Made by a program: the position numbers and the translations under genes. This document shows, one piece after another, positions 42,148 through 59,818 of a DNA stretch of 64,000 nucleotides. The notes beneath the pieces are model-generated. The model made no database searches and had not been told where the DNA came from. It saw nothing but the letters and a program-made list of their open reading frames with translations. This DNA is from the human T2T-CHM13v2.0 reference genome, Homo sapiens. Every line of letters starts with the position of its first letter. Position 1 is the first letter of the stretch. Location of the stretch: assembly GCF_009914755.1 (NCBI RefSeq), contig NC_060933.1; one strand, given 5' to 3'.

Positions 42148-42309
42148 ACCAAGCCAGTCCTCTCTGGCTTCCAAATTAAGATTGTGAATGCAAAATGCCC
42201 TGTTTTTACCTGCACAACTGGGTGATAATCTCTTCCCAGAAACAAGCGAGGAGGCCACAAATCAGCATGGGACTAGCTGGAGAGAAGGGGCTTGTGCCAA
42301 ATATTTACC

Positions 42310-42830
42310 TACTGTTTCTCAGCTCCCAAGCCTGCCCTCTCTATCCTGCTCTGTGATGCTAGGGCCAGGGCTCCACAAGCCACATCTCCCAGACTCTGTC
42401 CTGTTAGCTTCCGCCAACAGGAGGCTCTGAGGTAGAGTGGAAGGGGATGATGGGGACTCCCTGCTCTCCTGTTCCTGTCAGGCAGGGTCCTGCCTCTAGC
42501 TTCTTTCTGCGCTTTCAGCACCAGCCCTGCTATGTCCCTTTGAGGGGCCATCAGACATCGGGCAGACATGCCCCTCTTCAGACATCAGAATACTAGCTGT
42601 GCAGGGCTTCTCCTCTGAGCTCCTGGGTTCTGAAAAGCTCATCTCTGTCCTTTCATTTTCCTAGCCCTAGGGGCAGTAGCTGTTTCTTTCTGCAGCTGGT
42701 ATCCGTTGACTGCTTCAGTGCTCCTTCTGTACTCCTTCCTCCTCCCATCACCTATTAAACAATTCCTTGTATTAAATCCCCTCTGTTTGAAATGCCTAGA
42801 GTGGCTTCTGTTTTTCAGACTGGACTCCTC
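42310..42830 (+). mobile_element. ERVL LTR33-like solo LTR
   Basis: 3' end aattccttgtattaaatcccctctgtttgaaatgcctagagtggcttctgtttttcagactggac. Confidence 0.65.
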
Positions 42831-44175
42831 CTCTCCATCTACCATGTGGTTTTGGGACTTGGTCCTCCAAGCACAAGCCTCCTATGTTAGGTCCCAATTA
42901 AAGTGGCCTCCCCTGTTCATGTCCTCTTTGGCAACGGCAATGCTCCCGGCTCCTTCCTCCACACCCTGAGCTGAATATGGTAATTGCCTCCTGCTGGATG
43001 AAGCTTCCGAGGGCAGGAAAGTGCTCTTTCCTCTTCAAGGGCTGGGAAGCAGCAGGATGCAGGACTATTGGTTACGTTGCACTGAGTTGAGTTGAGTTGA
43101 ATGGACTGGGTTCCCCAGTGTTGGTGGGCCAAGGAGCAGGATCTCTCAGGAAGAGCTACGAAGGAGAGAGAATGGACACTGGCCAAGAGCATTTGCTCAG
43201 TTAGCTCCCCAGGGTAAGAGGACTGAGAGACATGCAGAGTGGCCCAAGGTGGAGGAGCTACTTGTCACAGAGGCCTGAAGGTGATCACAGGTTGGGAGAT
43301 CAAGATGCCCTGGAGGCTGCTGGGCCCTCGGGACCTGCATCCCATGGGCCAAATGATGTTGGCTAACACTATTTCTTTACAATTAAACCAGAAAGGGCTT
43401 GGGGCTTACAGTGAGTAGTTCGGGGTTCTAGTCCCAGTTCTGTCCCCAACTCCATGTGTATTCATAATTGTGTTCCTTCCCTTCTCTGGGCCCCAGTTTC
43501 CTCATTGATAAAATGAGGGGACAACTGGCCACATACAATGTTTGTTGAGTGCCTGCTCTGGGACACAGCATGCTAGACCCTGCAGTGTTACAATGAAAAA
43601 GACAAAATCGTTGTCTTCTAGAAGCTCCCAGTCTAACAGAGATGACAGAATTTTTTTGTGTAAGACTATTATAAGGTAATGTGAGTTGCTAGGAGAGAGT
43701 GGGTACAGAGGGCTGGCAGCACAAAGGAAGGGCACCTCTCTTTGAGGGGGTGGCTTAGGGGTACAGAGAAGAATGACCATGTTACCCAGGCAAAGAAGAT
43801 GGGAGAGGAAATGTTCTAGGCAGAGGGAACAGTGCATGCAAAGCCTAGAGGCAAGAGACAGTGTGGCTCTTTGGAGGAGTAGAAAGGAGGGTGAGGTTGC
43901 TGTGGGTGGTGTGCATGGGGTGGAGGGCTGGTGGGAGGCAGAGAATGCAGGAGCCACATCAGGCAGGGCTTTGGACCTTATGCCCCAAATAAGGGGCCAC
44001 AAAAGGGGTGTTGGCCAGGAGATAGCAGGTGCAACGAGCTCTTTCCCTTTTGTGGAAAATGGATGGGCATGGGGGAAGGACTGGAAGCAAGGCAGCCAGT
44101 GGGAAGCTGTGGAATCCATGGGAGAGGAGGATGATGTGGAAGGAGCAAAGTAGATGATGCATGAGGTGGGAGGGA

Positions 44176-44520
44176 GGCTGGGCATGGTGGTTCATGCCTG
44201 TAATCCCAGCATTTTGGGAGGCCAAGTGGGAGATTGCTTGAGCCTGGAGTTCAAGACCAGGCTAGGCAACATAGCGAGACCCCGTCCCTATAAAAAATAA
44301 AAAATTAACCAAGTGTGGTGGTGCACTCCTCTAGTCTCAGCTACTCAGGGGGCTGAGGTGAGAGGATTGTTTAAGCCTAGGAGGTCAGGGCTGCAGTGAG
44401 CTATGATTGTGCCAGTGTACTCCAGCCTGGGTGACAGAGTGAGACCCTGTCTCAAACAACAACAACAACAACAAAAAAACCCAAAAATCCAAAAAACAAA
44501 AAACAAAACAACAACAACAC
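44176..44520 (+). mobile_element. AluJ-like, full length, (CAA)n-type tail
   Basis: gggctgcagtgagctatgattg, gagaccctgtctc. Confidence 0.9.
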
Positions 44521-46981
44521 AATATGTATATATGTAAATGGGAAGGAAGTGGAGGTGGAATCAACAAGCCTTAAAGATACCCCGGAAGTGAGGAGTGAAT
44601 GCAGGGAAGAATGGCTCCCAGCTTTCTGGTTTGGGCAGACAGATGGAGGGTGATGCCTACAGAGTTGGCAGAGGAGAACTGACCAGAGCAGTGGCTGGCA
44701 TCTTTGCCCAGGTTCCTGGGTGGGTGGCTGAGCCAAGGGAGCTTTGTAGCTACAGCGCCATGCATCACCAAGCCTCTGCCCAGGCTCCTCACCACCCCCA
44801 CCCATGGTTCCTTCTTTTCTGGTCATTTGCAGATGCAAGCATCCCTACGATTAGAAGTATTTGATTTTTGCTTTACTGTAGGTTCTATTTTTGTTAAATA
44901 GATTAGGCTCCACCAGGAAAACCAAATTGCTGACCAGCTGACCTGAAAGTCTGAGAGATGCAATTTGCAATCTGTTGGAATCTTCGCTTTAAGCCAGGGT
45001 GGGCTGCAGATTGGCCCGGGGGGGCGGTGGAGCAGGGCTCAAATTAGGCAGCTGGTGCAGCAGCCGTCCAGGCGCCAGGCAAGGGAGCTCAGGCAGGAAG
45101 AGAAAAAGATGCAGATCAGAGAAATAGGAAAGGAAAAATGGACAAGATTTGGTGACTCAGAAAGGGTATCCTGCTGGGAGGTGGGGCTCCTGGGTTCTAC
45201 TCTGGGATCCCCCAGTCACACTGGTTGCAGTGTCTCCTAGGGTGTAAGGAGATAAAGTTGATATGATCTAAAGCTGGGCCCAGAATTCCTCTTAAAGAGC
45301 AGACGATCTTGGTGCCTCCTGGTGGGGAAGAAAGAACCTCCATGTGTTTCTGGGTAGGAAAGACCATGGCCGTCGGGGGCGGCCAGCCACTCTGCTGAGA
45401 AAATAGGCTGGAGTTCATTTTCCTCCTGAGGACAGGACCTGGGAGGAGCGGAAGAACCTCTCAAACAAAATTTCATAGTGCAAACTGTTAGGCAAAGAGG
45501 AGTGGGAGGTGGAGACCACCCAAGGGTGGCTGCGGAGGGCCCAGGTCAGGGGCTTCTCATGTTCAGCTTGATGCTGCTCCAATTACTTTCTCTGATACAA
45601 CCCTGCTCTGCCTGGCCCCTAAATCTTCATTGACATCCCCTCAGAAGGCCTTGTCAGAGAGGACAGTTTTTGTGTCTTGTTTTGTATGGGTGTAGAAATA
45701 GAGGAGGAGGCTGCATATCTTGCATGGATCAATGTGGCTCTGAGTGGAGGAACACCTGAGGGATCAGGAAGTGGTCCAATTCCCGAGTGAATTCAGCAGA
45801 GGCAGGAGCAGGAGAGCGCGAGTCCTCCAGGAATTTGGAGAAGTCTTGAGGTTAGTTGTGGGCATCCCCAAACTGAGGGATGGAGCCTCCTGACAACGTT
45901 TCTGGCTCCCAAGCAGCTGACATCAGGTTGTACGTAAGATGCTGGGTCAGACAGGAGGCTCTCCAAATCTTGGAGACGCTCTCTGGCTTGGAAGGTCTGG
46001 TATAGGGCCAGTAGGGGTGGTGGTGTGATGAAGGGAAAGGAAGGGCAAAAAGTGTTCTTGAACTCTTGTCTCGGAGGAGGGGAGGCCACATGCTCTGCAG
46101 GGATACCCTAGCTCCCCCCACCTGGCCCTCCTTGCCCCTCTGGATATACAAGTCCTCGGTGAGCTCCAGCCAGCAGAGGAGCCCCTCCGTTGTCCCATGC
46201 CTGGCTCAGCCCCAGCCCACCTGGAGCCTCGCCTAACTGGAATGCCAGCCTCAGCCGGCCTCGACTGACTCTCCCGCCAGAGCCCCAGTGGCTGTGCTCA
46301 TCCCTGCTGCCAGGCTGGTAGGAGGAGCAAAGGCATGTGCAGGGCTTTTAGAAGAGTGAAGCGCTGGGTTCATGCAAAGAGTGTGTGGCCGGGAATTTAC
46401 ACTTTTTTTGTTGAGTACTGGCTGTGCATCAGACTAGGCCAGGTACTGGAGATACAACAATCCCCAAGACTTAGTCCCTGCCCTCAGGAAGCCCACAGTC
46501 TAGTGGAGGAGACAGACCTATAGATAACCACAGCACAAAGGCACGAGTGCCCTGATTGGCAGAGGGCCTGGGCTGTGGGGAATCTATCCAGCCCAGGCTC
46601 ACAGAGGGCTTCCTGGAGAGAGGGTTTCTCAAAGTGAGCCCAGAAGCGCTAGGGAGAGATCACCAGGCAAAAGGGAAGGTTGGGGATGGTGAGAGTGTAC
46701 CAGGAAGAAGGAATCACCTGTGTAAAGGCCTGGAGGTGGGAAAGTAGGCAGAGAGTAGGAAGCAGAAATAGTTCTAGGTTGAAGGGTGGCAGAAGAGAGA
46801 TAAAGCTCTGAAGGCAGGCAGGGAGCAGGTGAAGAAAGGCCTGTAGCAAAGTCACACCAACAAAGAATGGAAAGCGGAGATCTCTTGCTTTGCCAGATAT
46901 TAAGGCATATTAGAAAGCCACACTAAGAGGAACAGATGGTTTTGGTTCAAAAACAAACAAGCCAGTAGAAGAGAACAGAAC

Positions 46982-47584
46982 CATGGTTCCCAAACTGGGC
47001 CCCGAGGTGTCCCAGGGTACTAGAGTGAACTCGCAGGGGTATTGTGGCATATTTTAAATTTCTGAGGGAAACAGTGATATTTAACATTGATCATACACCA
47101 TGTGAACTACTAGCTTGAAGTAATTCACAGTCTCAACATTAGATTGTGCCACATCATTTTGATGACATCGCCTCTTTGTGAAACTGGGTTTTCAGTGGTT
47201 GCTGTGACGAAAAGCAAGTATGTATAAAAATCGACGAGGAACAGGAAACAATGTGTAAAAATCGACGAGGAACAGGAAACAATGTACAATCTTATTCCAA
47301 GGTTTCAGAAGCTGTCCAGCTCCCTATTCCATTAGTAAGGAACTGTACTCATTCAGGAATAAAATTAAAACTTTACTTTTTGTTTCAATTTCTGTGCATT
47401 ACTTTTTTGAATGGCTACTAAGTTGTCAGGATTTAAATATTTATTTAGTTGTTTGGACCTAACTGCTTAGAAACTTGTAGTATTTCTTTTGGCTTAGAGA
47501 AAAAAATATTGTGTGAAAAAATGCCGTGAAAAAATTACTGAGTCACTAAGGGTGCTTTAAACTGAGAAAGTTTGGAAACCTCTG
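46982..47584. mobile_element. hAT-Charlie non-autonomous DNA transposon (Charlie4-like)
   Basis: TIRs catggttcccaaact ... agtttggaaacctctg. Internal ctctttgtgaaactgggttttcagtggttgctgtgacgaaaagcaagta is a hAT transposase C-terminal remnant. Confidence 0.75.
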
Positions 47585-48409
47585 GAATAAAGGGTTAATA
47601 GGTAAGCACATTTTTGGAAGGAAATTTAATTTCCAAAAACATGGCACCATAAATCAAAGGGATGTTTAATTGTTTAACAGATGACAGTTGGAAAACTGGT
47701 TGACTATATAAGGGAAAGCAAAACTTATGCCAAAATCCATAAACAAGAGTGGATACGTGACCAAGTAAAGGTTTAAATGAGAAAGGTAAAGTTAACAGGA
47801 GAAAATGTAGGGGAATATCTTTGAAACCCAGAGGCAGAACTTCTCAAACAAAACTTCCAAAGCACAAACCGTTAGCCCAAAAACTGATTAATTTGATTAT
47901 ATCAAAATTGAGCATTTCCTAGACAAAGGACATCCTGGACAAACAGACAATAGAATGAAAGAAGATTTTTGTAAGGTCTAAAATCAACGTGGTCTTAACA
48001 CCCAGATTATCCATGGAGTGCCTGAAAATCAACAATATAAAGACAGCAACCCCAACAGAAAAATGGGTGAAGCATCTGAAAAAGCAATTTACAAAAGAGA
48101 AAAAACCAGAAGACAGTAGGCACATGAAAAGATGCTTAATATCATTAGAAATTAGAGAAAATTAAAGTGATGTTGCTTTACATCTAATACATGGCAACAC
48201 TTAGAAATACAGACAATTCTAGGTATTGGTGAAGACAGAGACATGGGGCCTCAGGCACTTCTGGTGGGATGTCACAGGAGCAGGCATTCAGGACAGCGTC
48301 TGGCACTACTTAGTCGAATTAAGTGTCCATATACTCTTTGACCCAGAATTTCACTCCTGGGAAACAGCCTAAGAAATTCTCATAAGTGGACATTTAGAAG
48401 GCTGCTTAA

Positions 48410-48415
<6 letters not shown>

Positions 48416-48440
<25 letters not shown>

Positions 48441-48461
48441 CTGTGTGTGTGTCTGTGTGTG
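48416..48461. repeat. (TG)n microsatellite, interrupted
   Basis: tgtgtg...tctgtgtgtgtgtctgtgtgtg. Confidence 0.9.
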
Positions 48462-48537
48462 ATGGAGGTGACCTAGAGAGAATCATAACCAGCAGATTAG
48501 ATGTAATGGAAGGATAGATATTAAAAGCACACTGCTT

Positions 48538-51019
<2,482 letters not shown>

Positions 51020-52634
51020 TAATACATTTACATAAATACAAATAATAACACACATTTTGCAAAACCATATACCAAAAAAGGTACAATTGGACAGACATAG
51101 GGAATGGCAGTGAGAAATGGGGATGAAAAGGAATGAATGGGTGAATGAATGAATGAATGAATGAATGTAACAGAGCCGAGCCTTCCCTGAAGCAGTGATG
51201 TTAACTGTCACGAACTGATGACTGAAAGCAACTAAATTCTCTGTACCTGAAGGAGGTTAAACGAAGTAAAATTGAACCTAGACTTTACCTTAAGGGCAGG
51301 GGAAACCAACCAGAGTTGAGGAGGTCTGTGCTTGGTACACATGTGTTTGTTCATTCAATTAGTCATTTGTGCACTCATTCTTTCATCACATTTTTGTGAT
51401 CAGTCTCTTCTGGGCCACGCACTGTGCTGGGCTCTAGGTATAACACGCAGAGCAAACAGGCATTCCATGGCTCTGGTCCTACTGCAAGGCCAAGTGCCTA
51501 ATTGGTCTCCACTGGTGTTCAAAGGCTCCAAACCTGGGCAAACCAGGTGGGCCACAGGCCTGGTGGATATTACCACCTTCCCATTTCCTGGTTGACAAAA
51601 ATGAGGCTCAGACAGGTGAGTCATTGAGTCACAAGGTCACAGCTATGACTTTGAGTGGCAGAGCTGGGATCCGAGCTCAGGTCTGCGGAACTCTGAAGCC
51701 AGTTACTTCCCCTCCAACCCCAGCAGGAGAGCAGGAGAAGCACTGTAGTAGTCCTACCCCGGGTTGGCTGTAGGCCTCCTCTGGCTTAGCTTACTCATTC
51801 AGGGCAGGTCCGGGAAGGCTTCATGTAGGAGGCAGCGCTGGAGGATGAGGTTGTCTGCTTTTTCACAATTGTATTCCAATGCTAGAAATGCACGTAGTAT
51901 GTAATAGGTGCTCCATAGATAGTTGTAAGTGAATGGATGGACAAATGAATGAAGAAACGGAGAGGACATACATAGGGCTGTGAGGAGCTCAGAAGGCTGG
52001 CACATGAGGGGTGGGGAGGCAGGTCTTGAATCCCAGGCTAAGAAGTGTAGACACTTTGTCAGCTGCAGGGGCCTCCTGCCAAGGTTTGAGCCAGGGCATC
52101 CATCCCCTTTACGGGTCATGCTTAGGCAAAGAGAACATCATGTTGCTTTGCCTACTCAGAGTCAGCGCAGTGTGACACATAACCTATCCAGGACTTAAAG
52201 CACAGAGTGGTGTAAAGGGCACTGAAATAGCAATCCCAAGATGGCATGCTGGCTCCGTGTATAGGTTTCTCCATTTGCAAAATGGTGTGTGTGAGCCTGC
52301 ATCTGCCAGTGTGTGTATGCACACGTGTGTGTTAGAGTGAGGGCAAGGAGTACTGGCTAGGACAGTCTCCCAGGCTCTCCTGGATCTCACAGTGCTCAGC
52401 TCTGAGTTTGATGAGTCACCAGTTGAGCCCCCAACCTTGGAAACAGTGGGCTGGGCTGGCAGACAGGTGTCCCTGGCATGCCTGATTGAGAACCCATTCT
52501 CCCTTTTGGCTCAACTCCCCAACTAGAAACCCAGATGGCTCCACAAGGGAGTTGGGGGACTATTGGTTTCATGGACTAAGCCTAAAAATCTTCCATCAGC
52601 TAAAATATCTTCCATTAAGAGAAAAGTGTTAGCA

Positions 52635-53080
<446 letters not shown>

Positions 53081-53430
53081 CTATGAACAAACACAGTTGA
53101 GTGTCTTAGGCTGTTTGTAGGGCTGGAGTGAGGTCAGGAGAAGCTGGGGAAGATGAATCAATGAACCACTTGGGTTCTCTCCTTTCCCCTCCCACCTCTG
53201 GCCTGGGCTTGGGGGCGTCCTCATTCCCATTTACTATGGCTCTTCTAAGCCCTCTGGTCAACTTACGTGAACTGCTAGAGAATTCAAGAGTCACAGTTTC
53301 TTATATTTACAGGACTTGTACCTGGTTTATAGCTGCCAATGCACTTCAGAGTGCACATTTATTTTTCTTGCTCAGCAACCCATCCCCCTTTGGATGGTTT
53401 TAATTGAGAGACTATGTCAGCCAGGGTCTT

Positions 53431-54030
53431 TGATAACCACACTCTAAGGTGGCCCCAAATGACTCTTGCCTCCTGGCGGTCACTACCAAATTCCATCATC
53501 CCCTTCCACATTGAATAGGGCTGGCCCGTGTAACTTGTAGGATATGTCTAGAGAAATGGCAGTGTGTACTTTCCAAGAGTAGGTCATAAAAAGATGCCGC
53601 AGCCTCAGTTGTTTTCTTTTGGATTACTCATGCTGGTGAAAGCCAGCCACCGTATCATGAAGACACTCAAGCAGCCCTGTGGATTACTCATGCTGGTGAA
53701 AGCCAGCCACCGTATCATGAAGACACTCAAGCAGCCCTGTGGAGGGGTCCTGAGGAACTGAGTCCTGTTGATAGCCAGCATCCACTTGCCAGCCATTTGT
53801 GGGAGACATCTTGAAAGCAAACCTCCCAGCACTAGTGAGCCTTAGAATGACTGCAGTCCCCACTGACATCTTGCCTGTATTATCCGAGAGACCCCAAGCC
53901 AGAACCTTACAGCTAAGTCACTCCTGAATTCCTAACCCACAGAAACTATGTGAGATAATAAACATGTATTGTTGTTTTAAGCCACTACACTTTGGGATCA
54001 TTTGTTACGACTTAACAGATAACTAATACA
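53431..54030 (+). mobile_element. MaLR solo LTR (MLT1E/F-like)
   Basis: tctaaggtggcccc...cccacagaaactatgtgagataataaacatgtattgttgttttaagccact...gataactaataca. Confidence 0.75.
53621..53743. repeat. Perfect 60-bp tandem duplication
   Basis: ggattactcatgctggtgaaagccagccaccgtatcatgaagacactcaagcagccctgt at 53621-53680 and again at 53681-53740. Confidence 0.97.
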
Positions 54031-54499
54031 GGGCCACAGGAGGAAACATAATTCATCCTGGATGGCTCAAAAGAAGAGACTTTATTAAAAACTACTCGCA
54101 GGGTAGGGGGCAGATTGAGGGAGTAGACAAGGGAAGGTGATGTGCCCATGGACCAGCAATGGCAGGAGTTGCTACCATACCTCAGAACGGAAGGAGGAAA
54201 TAGTGTCACTGGAGATTCAACAAAGTGGGAGACAAGAAGGAGAAGCCACAGCCATGGAGGGGCACAGGTATTTCAGGAGACGCAGCTCCAAAGCAGGGAG
54301 GAAGGCAAAGGCTGCACCTGACCAATCTCCTTCCTCCTGGACTCCAATCTCTTGCCTATATTGAACCAGAAACCAGAAGACAGGGGATGTCATCATGGGA
54401 TCAGCCTCCTAGAGCACCAGAGCAGGGGAGAAAATGCGTGTAAGGAAGAAGAAAAGTAGAGAGACAACACAGAGAGACCCACTTGGCCCCATGCTCAGC

Positions 54500-54875
54500 C
54501 TTGAAGTTCTGTGAAGATGGCTCTATGCAGGGATGGATCACATGACTGGAACTAAGCCAATCAATACAGACTATTCTAGCTATGTGATTGGTTCAGAAAT
54601 GGGCACATGACCCAAGTCAGCCAGCCAATCAAAACTAACGGGACTAGCAGGGATTTTGCTGGTGCTATAAGGAAAATGGGTTCCCTTTTTTGCTGGACTT
54701 GGTGCTGACATGATGAAAAGCAGAAGCAACTGTGCATAGGCCTAGAATGGACCTGGCCCAGGAGAAAGCAGACCCAGAGATGGAGAGCTGGAGAAACCTC
54801 ATCCTAGACTTTACTGCTCCTTTGCTTAAGTACAGTTTCCTATCACTTGCACCAAAAGAGTCCTGAATGATACAT
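54500..54875 (+). mobile_element. MaLR LTR fragment (MLT1K/L-like)
   Basis: tgattggttcagaaatgggcacatgacccaag...tatcacttgcaccaaaagagtcctgaatgataca. Confidence 0.55.
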
Positions 54876-54903
54876 TCTCATCCACATCTTTGGTGATCCT
54901 TGA

Positions 54904-55399
<496 letters not shown>

Positions 55400-55923
55400 T
55401 AGATTTCTGACTTCTATGTCAGTGACCTCGCTACGTACATGCCTTTTATTGAGAACTGCTTCAAACTCTCCTTAGAAGTAGGCGATACACTATGATTAAT
55501 TTTAGTCAAACAAGCAAACAAGGCATGGTGGTTAGGAAGATTTTCCAAGGTCACACATCTTGCAGGCAGTGGATTACAGGAAGACAGGACCAAAGCTTGT
55601 TGAGGACAAGCCATTCACTCAGTGTCTTCCCAGGGACTTCAGAACAAAGCAGGGGAGCTTTTCAGTCTGGAAGGGGAGGCGAGAAAACAGATGTCTTCTC
55701 TTGACTTCTGAGTTGGCCACAGTCCTTTTAAGTAGCTTACTGGGATGATGCAATCTAGATTTCTCTGACATTGTCTCCAACTTCCCTCCCCCTTGCTGAT
55801 ACCATTCCAGCCACACTGGCTTCCTTGTCATGCCCACACACTCCAACTTCTTTGCCTGCCTGGTAATTTTTCACTGGATGTCAGACCCTTCATTGGGTGT
55901 TAGCTTTTAAAAATACTCCTTGA

Positions 55924-56267
<344 letters not shown>

Positions 56268-56959
56268 TTAAGTTACTTGGAAGGAGTTTGACCCTTTCGA
56301 GTCTTGCTTTTAAGCTTTTTTAGGTGGGACCAGAGCTGCCTTTAGTCTAGGGTTCATTTCACCCCACTCCTGAGATGACCCCCTTCTGAGTATTCTCCTT
56401 GTGATTTATTAAACTTTTTCCCACCCAACGTGGTGGGAACATGAACTATTCCCAGGCCTGCCTGAGCTCTGAGGATCCTTCTGCCTGTCTTTTCCTTTCT
56501 GCTGGTTCTTTCCCTGGTCTCAAGTGCTTTCCTCTGTACATGTGCCAGTAAGTACTCAGCTGAGGGTGTGAGCAGACCTGCATAGTTCTCCCTCTCCATG
56601 CAGCTCTCTCTTCTCCAGTGCTCTGCCTGCAAACTTCTGCCTCCTTTGTCTCTGAATTCTCATCTCTGTCTCTGCAACTCAGCAAGACTGCCAGGCTCTG
56701 TTTGGGTTCCCCCTTCCTGTGCTGGAAACCCTCCAGATGGTCATCTGGGCGATTGTAAGATTCACTTCCTTTGTGCTCCTCCTCTCAGGGGTCACTGTCC
56801 TCTGCTGCTTGTAGCCCATGTCTGAAAACTGTCATTTCACATAGTATTTGGACTGTTTTTTTTTTTTCTTTAACTTGTTTACAGCAGGAGGGTAAATCTG
56901 GTCCCTATTACTCCTCCATCTTGGTTGGAAGTGGGAAGTGGAAGCCCCCAACTCCAGAA

Positions 56960-57392
56960 CTCCAGATACTCTCACCTGGACTTTGGCTGGCTGCTTATCT
57001 GCTTGGCTCACTCTTACCTACTCGCTTGCACAACTCATTCCCTCACCTCCTTCAATGCTTTTCTCAAATGTTACCTTCCCAATGTGGCCTTCTCTGGCCA
57101 GCCTGTTTAAAACTCTCTTCTCGCCATCCACTGGTAGCATTTCCAATCCTCCTCATCCTCCTACACATCTTTCTTTCTTTCTTTTGGAATAGCAACCATT
57201 GTCTTCTGACAACCTGTATACTTTTCTCATTTAATATGGCAAGAACTGATTGTTTGCTCCTGGCACTAGACTGTAAACTCTCTGAAGAAAGGGATTCATT
57301 TTGGTTTTGTTCACAGCTGTATTCCTAGCTCCTAGGGCAGTACTTGGCACATAGTAAGTTCTCAAAAATTATTCGTTGAATAAATAAATGAT
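56960..57392 (+). mobile_element. L2 3' end
   Basis: cactagactgtaaactctctgaag...gtacttggcacatagtaagttctcaaaaattattcgttgaataaataaatga. Confidence 0.7.
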
Positions 57393-57512
57393 GGAAAAGG
57401 TGATAGAAAAAAAAACCCACATAAGCACAGTTATGAAGTTTGGAAATTCTGATGCATGTGTGGGAGAGTAGCTAGTATGCCTCCTGGGTAAGAGCAGAAT
57501 TCAGAGAAATAG

Positions 57513-58114
<602 letters not shown>

Positions 58115-59818
58115 CAAGGAAGGTTTTTAATAAGGAGTACCATGGCCAGAGATTATTTAGGAAGGCTAATATGGTGAGTGTGAGAATGAGCCAGAATGAA
58201 TGAGCGGCAGAGGGGACAGAGAAAAAGGGGTGGTGGTTGGGATTTCACGGGGGTGGAGTCAGCAGGGCTTGGCAGATGGAAGGGAGGAGTTGAAGATGAT
58301 CGCTGTATATATCTCTCTGTAGAAACACGGCTGGCATGACAGTGCAAACTTTGGTTCTAAAAATCCCACTGAGGTGGGTGGGAAGGTGGAAGAGGGGTAT
58401 AAAACAAACAGAGCATTAGAGGTGGCTGACCCCAGCACACAAACCAGGATCCTGGCATTTCCCACCTGCATGAATTTGACAAGCTACACAACCCATTGAT
58501 CTTCAGTTTCCTCTTCTATAAGATGGTCCTAATCGTGTCTCCCTCACAGGGCTTGTTCCGAGGAAATTTAGTACTTCAGGAGCTTAGTAAATGTTGGTTC
58601 TCATCATAAACCTTTTCTTTTCCATTATTTTGGAGTCCCGAGTCCTGAGCACTCTGAGGGTCTCTTTGACCATGCCAGGCACCATCTCCTCTATCCTACA
58701 GATGAATTGAGGCACAGAACTCAGCCCCACGTGAGGCCCACTGACTGTCCAACCCAGGACATGTCAGATAAATCCCATGGCCTCCAGTCTGGTCACCACC
58801 ACTCATAAAGGCTAGAGTGGGCAGTGTGAGCCCGAGGAGAGGACCCCAGGCTGGATGTCTGCTCCAAATCCCATCACTTTGGGGGTGTGTGGGAGAAATG
58901 GGACGTGTTTCCATTACACTGGAGTTTAGAAGCTCAGGATACTCTGTTCACAGGAGACTTTAATTCTCAAGACATCTGTCCAGCAGCTAAGGTCATTAAA
59001 CATGAATTACTGAAGCAGCTCTTCATAAGCTAGTTGATGGAATTACTAGATTGGAGGATGAACAGGGAATTTTGTGTACGCTGTGTAAAGCATTGCAGAG
59101 CTGCATATGCCGCAGGGACTCTGCCAAATTAGTGAAGGGGAATTGACAGTGATTATGTGGATTAAACTGTCACTACGTATGGCTTATAAAGATCCTGCAT
59201 GCTTGAGAGAGAATCTAGGTCACTGTTTTATTATATGCCATGGGTCTGTAAGTATATACATGTATGTAAAGACATGTACACATACATACACATGTACAAA
59301 ATTACTGCCTTCATACATTTACACTAAGGATATACTAGAGTCACAGTCTGCAGGTGATGAATCATGAAAGTAATTAACTGTACACTAAGGCCTTGAACCT
59401 CAAGACTTTTTCAAGCTAGCCTCTACCTTATGTTAGGCAATATCCTATATGTTTTTTTCTACATATTCAAGATTAAGTTACATACTATTCCCTCAAGCTT
59501 GGGGCATTGAGGAGAAAGAAGACTGGGACATCATGTCCTCTAGGCCCAGAAAACTGAGGTCCATGTGGGACAGGACATGTTCAAGGCCTCTTTGATGTCT
59601 ACTTCAACCTTTCTTTCCTTCCCTGCCTGATTCATTTCTGTCTGATGATTCCTGGGGCCACAGCCCCCAGACAAAGAGATGTTTAATGTATTGATACCTG
59701 GGCATGTTTCTGTGGAAGGTGGGGGCTCAGAAGACAATGTGGTCCTGATCTCAGGGACCAGGGCTGAACCTTATGGAGAGAGTGGCTAGGTGGAAGACAG
59801 AGGGACAATGTTCACAGG

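Noticed and set aside
42514-42530. REST/RE1 site (TTCAGCACC)
   Set aside because: Left half-site only; the GGACAG right half is missing, and it lies inside an LTR.
43502-44185. 227-aa ORF (similarly 35624..36178 and 56771..57328)
   Set aside because: These overlap L2, LTR or old L1 relics, show no recognisable domain and are within chance length for this GC content.
46850-46900. Old L1M appears to start at about the same ORF2 position where the young L1PA is broken
   Set aside because: The young element has its own TSD 1.6 kb away, so no mechanistic link is needed. Treated as coincidence.
53621-53740. Direct repeats (60-bp, 31-bp and 26-bp) as a CRISPR-like array
   Set aside because: Only two copies each, no repeat-spacer periodicity, no cas genes, and the DNA is human intron.
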